Shown here one piece after another: positions 11,163-21,795 of a stretch of DNA of 64,000 nt. How positions within the stretch are numbered: the first letter of the stretch is position 1; every line of letters begins with the position of its first letter. Location of the stretch: contig JBBCJC010000002.1 in the NCBI GenBank assembly GCA_037189525.1, positions 544,001 to 608,000 of the forward strand, in the 5' to 3' direction. The DNA is from Gemmatimonadales bacterium (GTDB taxonomy: Bacteria; Gemmatimonadota; Gemmatimonadetes; Gemmatimonadales; GWC2-71-9). The position numbers and the translations under genes were made by a program. A model generated the notes under the pieces. The model ran no database searches. It saw only the letters and a program-made list of their open reading frames with translations, and was not told the origin of the DNA.

Positions 11163-14100
11163 TTAGAACTGCGCGTTGAGGCGAACGATGAACCGGCGCG
11201 GCGTCGGCAGCGTCAGGAAGTCCGTCCGCGTGAACGCGTTGAGACCGGTGGCCGCGATGTTTGAGATCACCTCGGGATCGAAGCCCGAGTAATTGGTCCA
11301 CGTCGCCAGATTCTGCCCGGCGAGCGTGATACTGGCGCCCGATGCCCGGAAGGCAGAGGCCAAACCGGTCGGCAGCGTATAGGTGACTGAGACCTCGCGC
11401 AGCTTGAGGAAGTCGCCCTTCTCGACGAACGCGTCACGGACCTCGTTGACCGTAGCGGTGGTCGGGAAGCCCGACACGAGGCGTTCCCGCACGAAAGCGG
11501 GCTGCCCTGCGGTCGGATTGCCGTACCGGCGCAGTCGCTCGAGACGGGACAGCTTGTCCGGGTCGAGCCGGTTGTCGCTGCGGACCGACTGCGTTTCCCG
11601 GAAGAAGGCGGTGTTGTTGTAGATGTAGAAATCGCCCTTGCCGTCGAGCGACGCATAGAGCCGGAGGTTCCGGAACAGCGTCAGGTTCGTAGAAAAGTTG
11701 CCTTCGTACGCCGGGTTGAGGTTGCCGATCGGCTCGAGGTCGTCGGATACGGTCACGATACCGGTTGTCTCGTCGATGCTGCGGATCCGGTTGCCGACGA
11801 AAACGCCCGGCTGCTGTCCCTCCATGAACCGGTTGGTCGTGCCGAAGGGGAGGATCCCACCCATATCCGTGATCTTGCTGTCGAGCGTCGAGAAGCCGAC
11901 GCGGAAATCCCAACCCAGGTTCTGGGACGAGATCGGCTGCGCCGTGAAGGCCACTTCGAGGCCCTTGTTCTTCAGCTCGCCGATGTTGACGAACGGATTG
12001 AACGAGTAGCCCTCGGAACCGGGCAACGGCCGCTCCAGCAGCAGGTCTTTCGAGGTCTTGACGTAGTACGTCATTTCGAGGCCGACGCGGTCGTTGAGGA
12101 ACCCGGCGTCGAACCCGAACTCGATCTCTTCGCCCCGCTCGGCTTTGAGGCTGTCATTCCCCGGGTTCCGGAGAATAGCGCCCTGTTGCACAGCGCCGCC
12201 CAGCATATAGGGGGTCGCGGTGAGCGTATTCAGGGACGCCCCCGGGCTCGGGGATCGACCAGAGACGCCATACGCCGCCCGCAAGCGGAAGGTGTTGATG
12301 AGGCCGAGGTTCCACCACGGCTCCTGCGAGATCACGTACGAAATACCAGCCTTGGGCAGGAAGAACCACTCGGACGTGTTACCGAACGAGGAGTTGGCAT
12401 CCATACGGGCGCCGACGTTGACCGTAAGCCGGTCGTTGAGCGTCGTCTGCCACTGGCCGAAGAAGCCGACCGACTTGGTCCGGGCGTAGTTCTGACTCGC
12501 GCTGCGGCTTGCGGCCCCGCCGATCGTGTTGTTGCTGTTGACGGCCAAACCAAGTCCGCTTGAAGAGATCTGGTCGAAACGATGGTCTACCAGCTGGGCG
12601 CCGAGCGAGAGGTTGTGCGCCAGGTTTTCGCCCGTCGTGAGCCGCATGTCGCTCAGATAGTCGACGGTGTATCGCTCTTCGCCGTTGCGAAGCTCATCGA
12701 TCGCGCCCGTATTGGTAGTACCCTGATACGAGCCGAGCGAGTTTCTCGGATAGAAGGTCCGCGCCTCGTCCTTGATCCAGTCGGCGCCGACCGTGAACCG
12801 GTTGCTCCACCAGGAGGTCGGCACGAAGTTGGCCTGGAACGAGGCGATGGTCCGGTGCGTCTGCCGGCCGTTCTCGATGGCGGCGATCGCTGCGACCTGG
12901 CGTGCGAAGCCGAACCAGCCGTCCTCGCTGCGATCCGGACCGACCGAGTCGTTGCGCGTGAGCGGCGTGCCGAGATGGCTTCCGCCCAGCCAGCCGTAGA
13001 CGTTGTTGTCGTTCTGCGGCAGAGCGAAGTTTGCGCGGTTCATGCCGAAGCTGGCGTTCAACGTCAGCTTGGACGAAGGTGTCCAGTTGAGGTTGGCACG
13101 CCCGTTCCGACGGTCGAACTCGTTGTTGAGCGTGGTGCCGCGCTCGGTCTCGTAGCCGCCGTGCAGGAAGTACCCGAAGTTGGTCCCGTTACCGCCGGTC
13201 CCGCTCCAGGAAAGGCCCTTGGTATCGCCGGTGCGCAGCGCGTTGGTTCGCTTGAGCGGGTTGTCGCTCACGAGCGTTCCCGCCGCCTGCCCGCGGCAGA
13301 GGGGATTCGGGCTCGACGGCGCGACCAGGGCCGGGGTGCAGTTCCCGAAGTTGTCGAGCGGCTCGAAATTGGCGTCGATCGAGTGATACTCCAGCCCGAT
13401 GTCCTGCGAGAACCGGTTGTTTCCGATCCGGCCGCGCTTGGTAATGATCTGGATCACGCCGGCCGCGGCATCGGCACCGTACAGCGCGCTCGCTGCGGGA
13501 CCTTTGACGACCTCGATCGATTCGATCTCCTTCGGGTTGAGCTCGCTCAAGCGCGACGTGGTCTGGCCGCCGGCACCATACTGCGACGGATTGTTGGCTG
13601 CCATCAGGATGCCGTCGATGACGACGAGCGGCTCGTTGGAAAGCGAGAGCGACGCATTCCCCCGGATCCGGATCTGCGACGCGGCGCCGGACGTGCCCGA
13701 TCCCACGCTGACCTGTACGCCCGGAACCCGCGACTGCAGGATCTCAGCGAAGGTGCGCACCGGTGCGGTCCGTACGATGTCGGTGACGCCGATTTCGGCG
13801 ACGCTCGCCGCCTGTGCACTGCGACGGGTGTCGCCGGCCGTGCCGGATACGATCACTTCGTCGAGCGTGACGACCGATGCGGTCAGCGTGAAATTGGCGG
13901 TGGCAGTGCCGCCGGCCGCTAGCGTGACCGTCTGATCGCCACCGCGATAACCGATCCGCCGGACTGAAAGCGTAACCTGCCCGGCCGGCACGTTGACCAG
14001 GCGATAGTTGCCGCGCGGGTCCGAGGTGGTCTGAAGTACCGACCCGGCAACGCTGATCCGCGCGTCAGACAGCGGTTGCCCGGTCGCCTGGTCGGTCACA

Positions 14101-14195
14101 GTTCCGGTAATCGTACCGGAATTCTGACCGACGAGTGGCGGTGCGACCGCCGCCAGAGCGATCAACGCTCCGACCCAACGTAGTTTTCCCCTCAT
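11163..14195 (-). CDS. SusC/RagA-family TonB-linked outer-membrane protein
   Basis: N-terminal carboxypeptidase-regulatory-like domain, IRIRG, PLVVIDG, IESIEVVKGPAASALYGADAAAGVIQIITKRG, C-terminal Phe. Confidence 0.95.
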   Translation of the reverse strand: MRGKLRWVGALIALAAVAPPLVGQNSGTITGTVTDQATGQPLSDARISVAGSVLQTTSDPRGNYRLVNVPAGQVTLSVRRIGYRGGDQTVTLAAGGTATANFTLTASVVTLDEVIVSGTAGDTRRSAQAASVAEIGVTDIVRTAPVRTFAEILQSRVPGVQVSVGSGTSGAASQIRIRGNASLSLSNEPLVVIDGILMAANNPSQYGAGGQTTSRLSELNPKEIESIEVVKGPAASALYGADAAAGVIQIITKRGRIGNNRFSQDIGLEYHSIDANFEPLDNFGNCTPALVAPSSPNPLCRGQAAGTLVSDNPLKRTNALRTGDTKGLSWSGTGGNGTNFGYFLHGGYETERGTTLNNEFDRRNGRANLNWTPSSKLTLNASFGMNRANFALPQNDNNVYGWLGGSHLGTPLTRNDSVGPDRSEDGWFGFARQVAAIAAIENGRQTHRTIASFQANFVPTSWWSNRFTVGADWIKDEARTFYPRNSLGSYQGTTNTGAIDELRNGEERYTVDYLSDMRLTTGENLAHNLSLGAQLVDHRFDQISSSGLGLAVNSNNTIGGAASRSASQNYARTKSVGFFGQWQTTLNDRLTVNVGARMDANSSFGNTSEWFFLPKAGISYVISQEPWWNLGLINTFRLRAAYGVSGRSPSPGASLNTLTATPYMLGGAVQQGAILRNPGNDSLKAERGEEIEFGFDAGFLNDRVGLEMTYYVKTSKDLLLERPLPGSEGYSFNPFVNIGELKNKGLEVAFTAQPISSQNLGWDFRVGFSTLDSKITDMGGILPFGTTNRFMEGQQPGVFVGNRIRSIDETTGIVTVSDDLEPIGNLNPAYEGNFSTNLTLFRNLRLYASLDGKGDFYIYNNTAFFRETQSVRSDNRLDPDKLSRLERLRRYGNPTAGQPAFVRERLVSGFPTTATVNEVRDAFVEKGDFLKLREVSVTYTLPTGLASAFRASGASITLAGQNLATWTNYSGFDPEVISNIAATGLNAFTRTDFLTLPTPRRFIVRLNAQF

Positions 14196-14500
14196 TGTCC
14201 AATCCCTTGTGCTGAAGGTGGTCCACCCCCCGCCGGTGACGACAAGCCGTCACACGAGGTCAAACGCCAGTTGCGGCGCAAGCCTCTCCATGCGGGTTTT
14301 AGAATCCCGACCATGAGAGTCGCGATTCCTAGCGGCTTCGCGGTTCGAAGCCGAATTTCAATTGTCGTGTTTAGACGTGTGAGAGCAAACGTCTGCGGCC
14401 TGTTCGGTCCCGTCGGACCAGCCGCTTGACGACTTAAGCTAACACTTGGCGCGAAACTGCGGAAGAGTCCAAATGGACTAACTCATTGTATACAAATTGA

Positions 14501-15901
14501 TTACCGGGCCAATTGGGCAGCTGGCGCAGGCCAGGCGGTATGCCAGGCCGTCACGCGCTGGTAGGCAGCACCCAGGCCCAGAACCATGGGATCCCGACCC
14601 CACCCGCCGATCAGTTGCAACCCGATCGGCAGCCCGGACCGGGTTATGCCGCACGGCAGGGCCAGGGCCGGGACGCCCGTCAGGTTCTGTGGGGCGTTGT
14701 ACCGGCAGAACCCCTCGGCCAGGGAGACGCGAGTGCGACCCAGCTTCAGGGTGGTACTGGAGAGGCGCGGCGCTTCGACCGGGAGCACGGCGCCCACCAG
14801 CGCGTCGACCTCGCCAAAAACACTGTTATACGCCGAGATCAGTTCGAGCCGGACGGCCTCGGCCTGTACCAATTCGAGCCCGCTGACCCGATAACCGCCT
14901 TTCAGCCGCGAAAGAACGTTAGGCCCGTAGCCCTTGGGGTTTTTCCGAATCATCGCATCGTGATAACTGATGGCTTCGGCAAGGACGATGACCCGAGAGG
15001 CTTCGAGCGCGGGCTCGAGTTCGGGAATATCGACGGCGACGAGACGGGCCCCCAGTCGTTCGAATTCCTTGAGCGCCGCCTCGATGGCCCGGGCAACCTC
15101 ACGATCGACGTCCCGCAAGAAAAACTCGGAGACACCGATCCGCGGCCGGCGGGGGGTCCGATCGACCGCGCGGAGCACTTCCGCGAGCCGGGCGCGTCCG
15201 CCAGCCATCACACCGAACATCACCGCCGCATCCTCGACCGAGCGCGTGATCGGCCCGACGTGATCAAGCGACGCCGCCAGCGGAAAGACCCCGTCCGACG
15301 AGACCGCACCGTAGGTCGGCTTGAACCCGACGACTCCGCAGCAGGCCGCCGGAATCCGGATCGAGCCGCGGGTGTCGGTGCCGACCGAGCCCAGTCCCAT
15401 CCCGACCGCAACCGCGACCGCCGACCCGCCGCTCGATCCGCCCGCGATCCGCGCCGGGTCCCACGGATTGCGCGCAGGGCCGAAATGCTCGTTGACGGTG
15501 GTGACCCCCAGCGCCACTTCGTGGAGATTGGCCTTGCCGATGATGGCTGCCCCGGCCCGCCGGAGTCGGGCAACCACCGGCGCATCGGCTGCCGCCGGCA
15601 GACCGTCGGGTACGATCCGGGAGCCCAGCGTGGTCACCGCATCGCGGGTCAGGATCAGGTCTTTGACCGAGATCGGGACGCCGGCCAGAGGACCGACCAC
15701 GCGCTTGGCCATGACCGTGCGCTCGACCCTACGGGCCGAGGCCAGCGCGGAGTCGACCGACAGACTGAGCAACGCATTGAGTTTGGGATTGGTGGCTCCG
15801 ACCCGGGCCAGGGCGGCCTCGACCAGTTCGACCGGGGAAACCTGCCGGCGGGACACGGCGCGGGCGGCGGCCCGAAGCCCAAGCTGCATCAGATCGGTCA
15901 T
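14501..15901 (-). CDS. Amidase signature family enzyme
   Basis: GPLAGVPISVKD, GGSSGGS and GTDTRGSIRIPA (Ser-cisSer-Lys triad). Confidence 0.93.
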   Translation of the reverse strand: MTDLMQLGLRAAARAVSRRQVSPVELVEAALARVGATNPKLNALLSLSVDSALASARRVERTVMAKRVVGPLAGVPISVKDLILTRDAVTTLGSRIVPDGLPAAADAPVVARLRRAGAAIIGKANLHEVALGVTTVNEHFGPARNPWDPARIAGGSSGGSAVAVAVGMGLGSVGTDTRGSIRIPAACCGVVGFKPTYGAVSSDGVFPLAASLDHVGPITRSVEDAAVMFGVMAGGRARLAEVLRAVDRTPRRPRIGVSEFFLRDVDREVARAIEAALKEFERLGARLVAVDIPELEPALEASRVIVLAEAISYHDAMIRKNPKGYGPNVLSRLKGGYRVSGLELVQAEAVRLELISAYNSVFGEVDALVGAVLPVEAPRLSSTTLKLGRTRVSLAEGFCRYNAPQNLTGVPALALPCGITRSGLPIGLQLIGGWGRDPMVLGLGAAYQRVTAWHTAWPAPAAQLAR

Positions 15902-16037
15902 GAGGCGTGTATCATAGGTCAGGGAGGCGAATAGTAATCCCGCCCGCGCGGCCGTAGGGGGAGGGGCGTCCCCTCATGTCATATTTCCGGCAGGGGCACG
16001 GCGGCCCGTCCGTTCAATGGAGTGGAGTGAGGAGACT

Positions 16038-16574
16038 ATGCAGAAGGTCTGGACGATCGGCTTGGCGCTTGGACTGGTCACCGGTGTGGCGTCGCAGGTG
16101 GCCGCCCAGGAGGAACCGCCCCGCGAGCGGCGGCGCGAGGAACAGAAGCCCAAGGACGTCAAACTGAAGCTGCGCCTGGACCAGAAGCTCAAGTTCATGG
16201 CCGGCTGCTGGGAAGGCACGATGGGCAAGGATCAGATCGTCGAAGAGATCTGGACCAACCCGTCCGAAAACCTGATGACGTCGACCACGCGCTATCTCAA
16301 CAAGGGCCGGGCCGTCTCGTACGAGTTCAGTCGGATCGTGTCGACCGATACATCGGTGACCTTCTCGGCGTCAACCGAAGGCAAGCCGTTCGATTCGTAC
16401 GAAATGGTCCAGCAGGTCGATGACTACGTCGTCTTCGAGAACAAGGCCAAGTCGTTTCCGCAGCGGATCATCTACCGCAAGGCCGCGGACGGCAGCCTGA
16501 TTCCCCGCAACGAGGGCGAAGGGCAAACCAGCATCGAAGTTCGCCTCAGCAAAGTGAAGTGCCCCGGTACCTGA
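16038..16574 (+). CDS. Secreted protein, DUF6265-like
   Basis: SD GAGGAG; signal peptide; FMAGCWEG...EEIW...VFEN...FPQRIIY pattern. Confidence 0.75.
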   Translation: MQKVWTIGLALGLVTGVASQVAAQEEPPRERRREEQKPKDVKLKLRLDQKLKFMAGCWEGTMGKDQIVEEIWTNPSENLMTSTTRYLNKGRAVSYEFSRIVSTDTSVTFSASTEGKPFDSYEMVQQVDDYVVFENKAKSFPQRIIYRKAADGSLIPRNEGEGQTSIEVRLSKVKCPGT

Positions 16575-16577
16575 GCA

Positions 16578-17645
16578 CTACTGCCATCGGAAGATCTTGA
16601 GGGCCAGGCCCAGCGTGATCACGAGCCACGCCGCCAGCACGGCCAGCTCGTGGCCCAGCGATGCCAGGCCCGCCCCTTCGAGCATGGTAGCGCGTAGTGC
16701 ATCGTTGGCGGCGGTGAGCGGCAGCAGCTTGATGAAGGGCTGCATCGCGTCGGGGAAGTTGCCCGACGAGAAAAAGACGCCCGACAACACCCACATCGGC
16801 AGCATGGTCAGGTTCATCAGCCCCGAGGCCGCTTCGATCGTTTTGGGGCGCGCGGCTACCAGCAGGCCCATCCCGCTGAACGCCATCGATCCCAGCAGCG
16901 CCACCACGGTGAGCGTGGCGAGCGAGCCCCGGAACGGCACTCCGAACACCAGCATGCCCATCCCGACCAGAAAACCAACCTCGATGGCCAGGAGCGATAG
17001 CCGGCTCAGTACGAAAGCGCCGAGATAGTCGAGCCGGCGCATCGGCGTGGCGACGAAGCGCTTGAGCAGCTTCTTGCGGCGCTGGTCGACCACCGTAAAC
17101 CCGATGCCCCACATGCTGCTGGCCATCAGGTTCATGCCCAGCAAGCCGGGGATGAGAAAGTCGATATAACGCGATCCCGGTTCACGCACCAGCGCGTCGG
17201 TCGTGGCGACGAGGTCGGTCCGGCCGGCCGCCCGTTGCAGCGCATCGTCGGCGAGGCGGCGGGCGGACGCTCCTTCGGCGCGGGTATCGTCGAAGCGATA
17301 TTCGACCGTTCCCGACGGCTCCGGCACCACGACCAGGGCGACTTTGCCGGTGCGCAGTTCGCGAGCCGCGGTACTATCGTCCTGGAAGGTACGCAGGTCG
17401 ATCTGGGTGCTCTGTCTGAGTCCCTCGATCGTAGCGGCGCTTCCCGCGCGCTCGATCACGCCGATCTTGACCACCTCGGGTGGCCGGCTCCGGAACGCGA
17501 TGCCCAGTGCCCCCGCCATGATGAGCGGAAAGATGAAGGTCCAGAAGACCGCTTCGGGTTCCCGATAGAACTCGCGATAGCGGGCCAGCGTGAGTTGTAC
17601 CAGCGCGCGGTCACGCCAGCGGCGGGGTGCGGAGCCGTCAGCCAT
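16578..17645 (-). CDS. ABC-2 type transporter permease
   Basis: REPEAVFWTFIFP, YIDFLIPG, six TM helices, LSGVFF. Confidence 0.9.
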   Translation of the reverse strand: MADGSAPRRWRDRALVQLTLARYREFYREPEAVFWTFIFPLIMAGALGIAFRSRPPEVVKIGVIERAGSAATIEGLRQSTQIDLRTFQDDSTAARELRTGKVALVVVPEPSGTVEYRFDDTRAEGASARRLADDALQRAAGRTDLVATTDALVREPGSRYIDFLIPGLLGMNLMASSMWGIGFTVVDQRRKKLLKRFVATPMRRLDYLGAFVLSRLSLLAIEVGFLVGMGMLVFGVPFRGSLATLTVVALLGSMAFSGMGLLVAARPKTIEAASGLMNLTMLPMWVLSGVFFSSGNFPDAMQPFIKLLPLTAANDALRATMLEGAGLASLGHELAVLAAWLVITLGLALKIFRWQ

Positions 17646-18582
17646 CGCGCAGGTGCCTTCCGGTCAGGTGGACGAACACGTCTTCCAGTGTCGCGCTGTG
17701 TGTTGCAAGGTCGGTCAGGGTCGCGCCGCGCCGTTCGAGCAGCGCCAGGAGCGCGGGAACGGCCTCGTGAATCAGCGTTACATCGAGCTGCCGGCGACCG
17801 TCCGTGGCCCGCGCAGCGGTAACGCCCGGGAGGGCCGTCAGCTCCGCATCGGCCGGCATGGTTGCCGCGTCTTCGAGTCCGAACTCGACCACGTGCTCGG
17901 TGCCCAGCAAGCCGATTAGTTCGCGCGGCGTACCGAGTGCGATGATCCGCCCGTGGTCGACGATGCCGACCCGGTCGCAGAGGTGTTCGGCCTCGTCCAT
18001 ATAGTGGGTCGTGATGATGACGGTCCGCCCTTCGGCCTTGAATTGCTCGATCAGGCTCCAGAGCTGGCGGCGCGACTGCGGATCGAGCCCGGTCGTGGGT
18101 TCGTCGAGAAAGAAGAGCTCGGGGTCGCCGACCAGCGCACAGGCAATGGCCAGACGCTGTTTCTGTCCGCCCGACAGTCCGCCGACCCGCGCATTGCGCT
18201 TTTCGCCGAGTTGAACCGCGGCGAGAACTTCCTCGACTGCCCGCCGTTTGGGATAGAGACTATGGAACAGCTCCAGCGTCTCGATCACCGTCAGCTTCTC
18301 GGCCAGCTGGGTTTCCTGCAGCGAGATACCGATCGCGGCGCGAATGGCTCGTGGCTGTTCGCGGTGGGTCATGCCCAGCACGCGAACCTCGCCTTCGTCG
18401 GGCTCGTTCAGGCCTTCGCAGATTTCGATCGTGGTCGTCTTGCCGGCGCCGTTAGGCCCGAGCAGACCGAAGCACTCGCCTCGGGGCACCTCGAGGTCGA
18501 GGCCCGCCACGGCAACGACATCGCGATATCGCTTGACGAGACCGCGAATCGATAACGCGGGCCCGGAACTCGGAGACACCAT
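17638..18582 (-). CDS. ABC transporter ATP-binding protein
   Basis: GPNGAGKTT, LSGGQ, LDEPTTGLD, TTHYM. Confidence 0.95.
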   Translation of the reverse strand: MVSPSSGPALSIRGLVKRYRDVVAVAGLDLEVPRGECFGLLGPNGAGKTTTIEICEGLNEPDEGEVRVLGMTHREQPRAIRAAIGISLQETQLAEKLTVIETLELFHSLYPKRRAVEEVLAAVQLGEKRNARVGGLSGGQKQRLAIACALVGDPELFFLDEPTTGLDPQSRRQLWSLIEQFKAEGRTVIITTHYMDEAEHLCDRVGIVDHGRIIALGTPRELIGLLGTEHVVEFGLEDAATMPADAELTALPGVTAARATDGRRQLDVTLIHEAVPALLALLERRGATLTDLATHSATLEDVFVHLTGRHLRDG

Positions 18583-18662
18583 GAGCAGTTGCGCCGGTCA
18601 AACGGGCATGAACGGTAATCGGGAGGCCGGATGTAGGCTATTACACACCCGGCCTTCTGCCA

Positions 18663-18965
18663 CTATTGGAGCGGAACCGCCTGACGATCCGACGCCGTTG
18701 GCCGATGCTGCGCCAGCAAACGCTCGGTGAAGTCGAGCCGATTCTCGAGTTCGGCCACCCGGCTGTGCAGCAGATCGACATCGGCCAGCCGCTCGTCGAG
18801 TTCATGGCGCAGGCTGGTGATCTCGCGCTGCGACCGATCGAGCGCCGAGTTGGCGAGGCCGAGTTCGCGCTTGACGCCGCGGCCGCTGCCTCGGATCGAG
18901 GGGAGCACCACGAAGAAGAACACCATCAGCCAGAACCAGGGGATCCCTGAAAAATCGATGCTCAT
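18663..18965 (-). CDS. Small membrane-anchored coiled-coil protein (PspB-like architecture)
   Basis: One aromatic TM helix, then a coiled coil ending RVAELENRLDFTERLL; ATGA overlap with padR. Confidence 0.75.
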   Translation of the reverse strand: MSIDFSGIPWFWLMVFFFVVLPSIRGSGRGVKRELGLANSALDRSQREITSLRHELDERLADVDLLHSRVAELENRLDFTERLLAQHRPTASDRQAVPLQ

Positions 18966-19558
18966 CGCCCGCCTCCGGTCGAGGTGCGCTCCCATTCCGC
19001 TTCGATGTCACGCGCCGCCTGGTTCAGGATCTCGACGATCCGCTGGACCGACGGGTGATCCGGTCCCAGTCGCCAGGCGCGTTTGTAGGTCAGGGCTGCA
19101 AGCTTCGCGAAAGCCTGGTTGAGGTCGGCCATATGGCCGCCCGCGAAGTCGCGCACGGTGTCGCGGACCCGGTCGAAGATGTCGTCGAGCACGCCCTGGT
19201 TCTCATCCAGGAACCGCTCGCCCTCGGGGGTGATGTGATAGACCTTCTTGCCGCTCTCCTCGACCGCGCGGACGTAGCCCTGGTCTTCCAGGAGCTGCAG
19301 GGTCGGATAGACCGTACCAGCGGATGGGGTATAGCACCCGGCCAGTCGCTCTTCCAGGGCCTTGATGATCTCGTAGCCGTGACGCGGCTTTTCCCGGATC
19401 AGCCGGAGGATCACGAACTTCACCTCGCCGGATTCGAAGATCTGGCGCCGGCGCCGGCCCTTGGAACCGCCGGTCCCGAACCGGAACTCGAACTGGCCCG
19501 GATCGAACGAAAACCCGAACAGGTTACCTAAACCCCAGTCATCATTACGCTTGGACAT
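18962..19558 (-). CDS. PadR-family transcriptional regulator
   Basis: PRHGYEIIK, PSAGTVYPTLQLLED-G, KKVYHIT; SD AGGAGA before MSKR. Confidence 0.93.
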   Translation of the reverse strand: MSKRNDDWGLGNLFGFSFDPGQFEFRFGTGGSKGRRRRQIFESGEVKFVILRLIREKPRHGYEIIKALEERLAGCYTPSAGTVYPTLQLLEDQGYVRAVEESGKKVYHITPEGERFLDENQGVLDDIFDRVRDTVRDFAGGHMADLNQAFAKLAALTYKRAWRLGPDHPSVQRIVEILNQAARDIEAEWERTSTGGGR

Positions 19559-19600
19559 ACCAGGTCTCCTTCGAATCCCCAACAAAGATCCTCTGTGTTT

Positions 19601-19660
19601 CATATCGTACGACATATCGTACGATAGGGTTTCGTGGTTGTCAAGATATATCGTCAGACA
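19601..19660 (-). promoter_or_regulatory. Sigma70 promoter of padR with overlapping palindromic repeats
   Basis: TTGACA (19644-19639), 17-nt spacer, TACGAT (19621-19616); tandem CATATCGTACGA x2 and GATATATC. Confidence 0.75.
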
Positions 19661-19768
19661 TGTCTGCGTTCCATGCCGAAACTTGGCGCGATCCGTTGCG
19701 TATACATGCAGCAAAACAGCTCTATCACTGATTTACTGGTCGGCTCTCCGTCAACGAGGGAGGCGTGC

Positions 19769-20725
19769 GTGCGGCTCGAGGAGCAAGACCTGGTCATCAA
19801 GACCAGTGGGCTCAGGAAATCGTTCAAAAACGTCAATGTGCTGCAGGGGCTGGATCTGGAGGTCCGACGCAACTCGATCTTCGGCTTTCTGGGCCCGAAC
19901 GGCGCCGGCAAGACCACGACGATCAAGCTGCTGCTCGGTCTGGCGCGGCCGACCGATGGTGCGGCCACGCTGTTCGGGTTCGACAGCCAGCGGGATACTC
20001 TCGAAGTGCGGCGCCGGATCGGGTACCTGGCCCAGGATCCGCGCTTCTACGATTACATGACCGCGCGCGAGACGCTCCGGTTCACGGCGCGTTTCTTCTT
20101 CCAGCCGGCGGGGCTCGAACGGCACATCGACGAGACGCTCGAACTGGTGGGGCTGACCGACAAAGCGGACCGTCCCATCCGCGGCTTTTCCGGCGGTGAA
20201 CGCCAGCGGCTCGGCATTGCCCAGGCGCAGATCAGCAAGCCGGAGTTGCTGATCCTCGACGAGCCGGCGGCGTCGCTTGATCCGATGGGCCGTCGCGACG
20301 TGCTGGAGGTGATGGGGCGGCTTCGGCAGCACACCACGATTTTCTACTCGACCCACATTCTCGAAGACGTCCAGCGGATCAGCGATACCGCCGCGATTCT
20401 CCACCACGGCAAGCTGCTCGCGCACGCGTCGATGGGTGACTTGCTGACCGATCAATCCGGCGGCACCTACCTGGTCGATCTGGTCGGCGCCACCGATGCG
20501 ACCCGTCACCGGGTCGCGGGCCTGCCGTGGGTGACGGGCCTCGAAGAAACGACCAGCTCTGACGGTACCCACTGGCGCGTCTCGACCGGTGACGCCTCGG
20601 CCGCCGAGTCGGACTTGCTGCGCACGATCCTGGCCGACGACTCGGTTCGGGTCCGGAGCTTCGGGCGCCGCCGCCATCGGCTGGAGGACGTGTTCGTCAC
20701 GATGATCGAAGGGGGAACTGCCTGA
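19769..20725 (+). CDS. ABC transporter ATP-binding protein
   Basis: GPNGAGKTT, FSGGERQR, LDEP, STH; GTG start after SD GAGGGAGG. Confidence 0.93.
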   Translation: MRLEEQDLVIKTSGLRKSFKNVNVLQGLDLEVRRNSIFGFLGPNGAGKTTTIKLLLGLARPTDGAATLFGFDSQRDTLEVRRRIGYLAQDPRFYDYMTARETLRFTARFFFQPAGLERHIDETLELVGLTDKADRPIRGFSGGERQRLGIAQAQISKPELLILDEPAASLDPMGRRDVLEVMGRLRQHTTIFYSTHILEDVQRISDTAAILHHGKLLAHASMGDLLTDQSGGTYLVDLVGATDATRHRVAGLPWVTGLEETTSSDGTHWRVSTGDASAAESDLLRTILADDSVRVRSFGRRRHRLEDVFVTMIEGGTA

Positions 20726-21510
20726 TGAGCCTCGTACCTGCGGTGTCGTCCGGCTGGTCCGCCGGTTTCGCCAACCTGCTCGGCAAGGAACTCGGCGCTT
20801 GGTGGGCAACTCGGCGCTGGGTGATTCATCTGTTGCTCTGGCTCGGCGCGATTGCCGGGTTCATCCTGATGGGCACGCTGGCCCAGTATCGGACCTCGAC
20901 CAACCCGGCCGGCGATATCGAGGAACTGATCGAGATGTTCTTCCATCTGGGCGGATTCTTCGGGCTGATCGGCGCCGTGCTGGTGACCCAGGGCGCGGTG
21001 GTGGGCGAGCGCGAGTCGGGAACGGCGGCCTGGGTGCTCACCAAGCCGACGACGCGTTCCGCCTTCATCCTGTCGAAGTTTGCCGCGATTGCGCCGACCT
21101 TTCTGCTGCTCTCGCTGGTGCTGCCGGCCGTGGCCACAATGGTCATCCTCACGGTGTTCTGGGGCAGCGCGCCTCCGTTGGCGCACTTTGCGGAGGCCGT
21201 AGGCATCCTGGCGGTGCATCAGACGTTCTACATCGCGCTGACGCTGATGCTCGGTACCCTGTTCCACTCCCGGGTCCCGGTGGGCGGGGTGGCCCTCGGC
21301 TTCTGGATTTCCGGTTTCATCCTGCCGAACGTCAAGTTCTTCGCGAGCCTGACGCCGTATCTGCCGTGGCCGCTGACCGATGCCGCGGCCAGGATCGCGC
21401 TGTGGCAGTCGTTGCGGTATCAGGTCTGGGTGCCGGTCGTGTCGACCGCCGTTCTGATCGTGGTCTTTCTGGCCGTGGCGCTCTGGGCCTTCGAACGCGA
21501 GGAACTCTGA
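20725..21510 (+). CDS. ABC-2 family permease
   Basis: Six TM helices; GERESGTAAWVLTKP..R..FILSKF; TGATG coupling to the ATPase. Confidence 0.88.
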   Translation: MSLVPAVSSGWSAGFANLLGKELGAWWATRRWVIHLLLWLGAIAGFILMGTLAQYRTSTNPAGDIEELIEMFFHLGGFFGLIGAVLVTQGAVVGERESGTAAWVLTKPTTRSAFILSKFAAIAPTFLLLSLVLPAVATMVILTVFWGSAPPLAHFAEAVGILAVHQTFYIALTLMLGTLFHSRVPVGGVALGFWISGFILPNVKFFASLTPYLPWPLTDAAARIALWQSLRYQVWVPVVSTAVLIVVFLAVALWAFEREEL

Positions 21511-21795
21511 CGGCCGAGTCGGGCGTTACGCGACGGTGACGGCGATCACGCTGGTGTGTGATGCATGGCCGGCATCTTACTCCGCAGCAATCTCGAGATG
21601 ACATAACGACCCCTCGATCCGGAGTAACTGGCCGGATCGGGGGCGTCGGCCATTCAGGAGCAGGGTCGCTGCGTGTCGCGGTGTTTTTTCGCACGGACGT
21701 TGCATAGCGATGTCTACCCACATACTCTGCTCAGTGTACTTTCCTAGAAATAGACCGACTTTTAGCCCGCATCGTTTGCGCGCCGGCTTTGCTCC

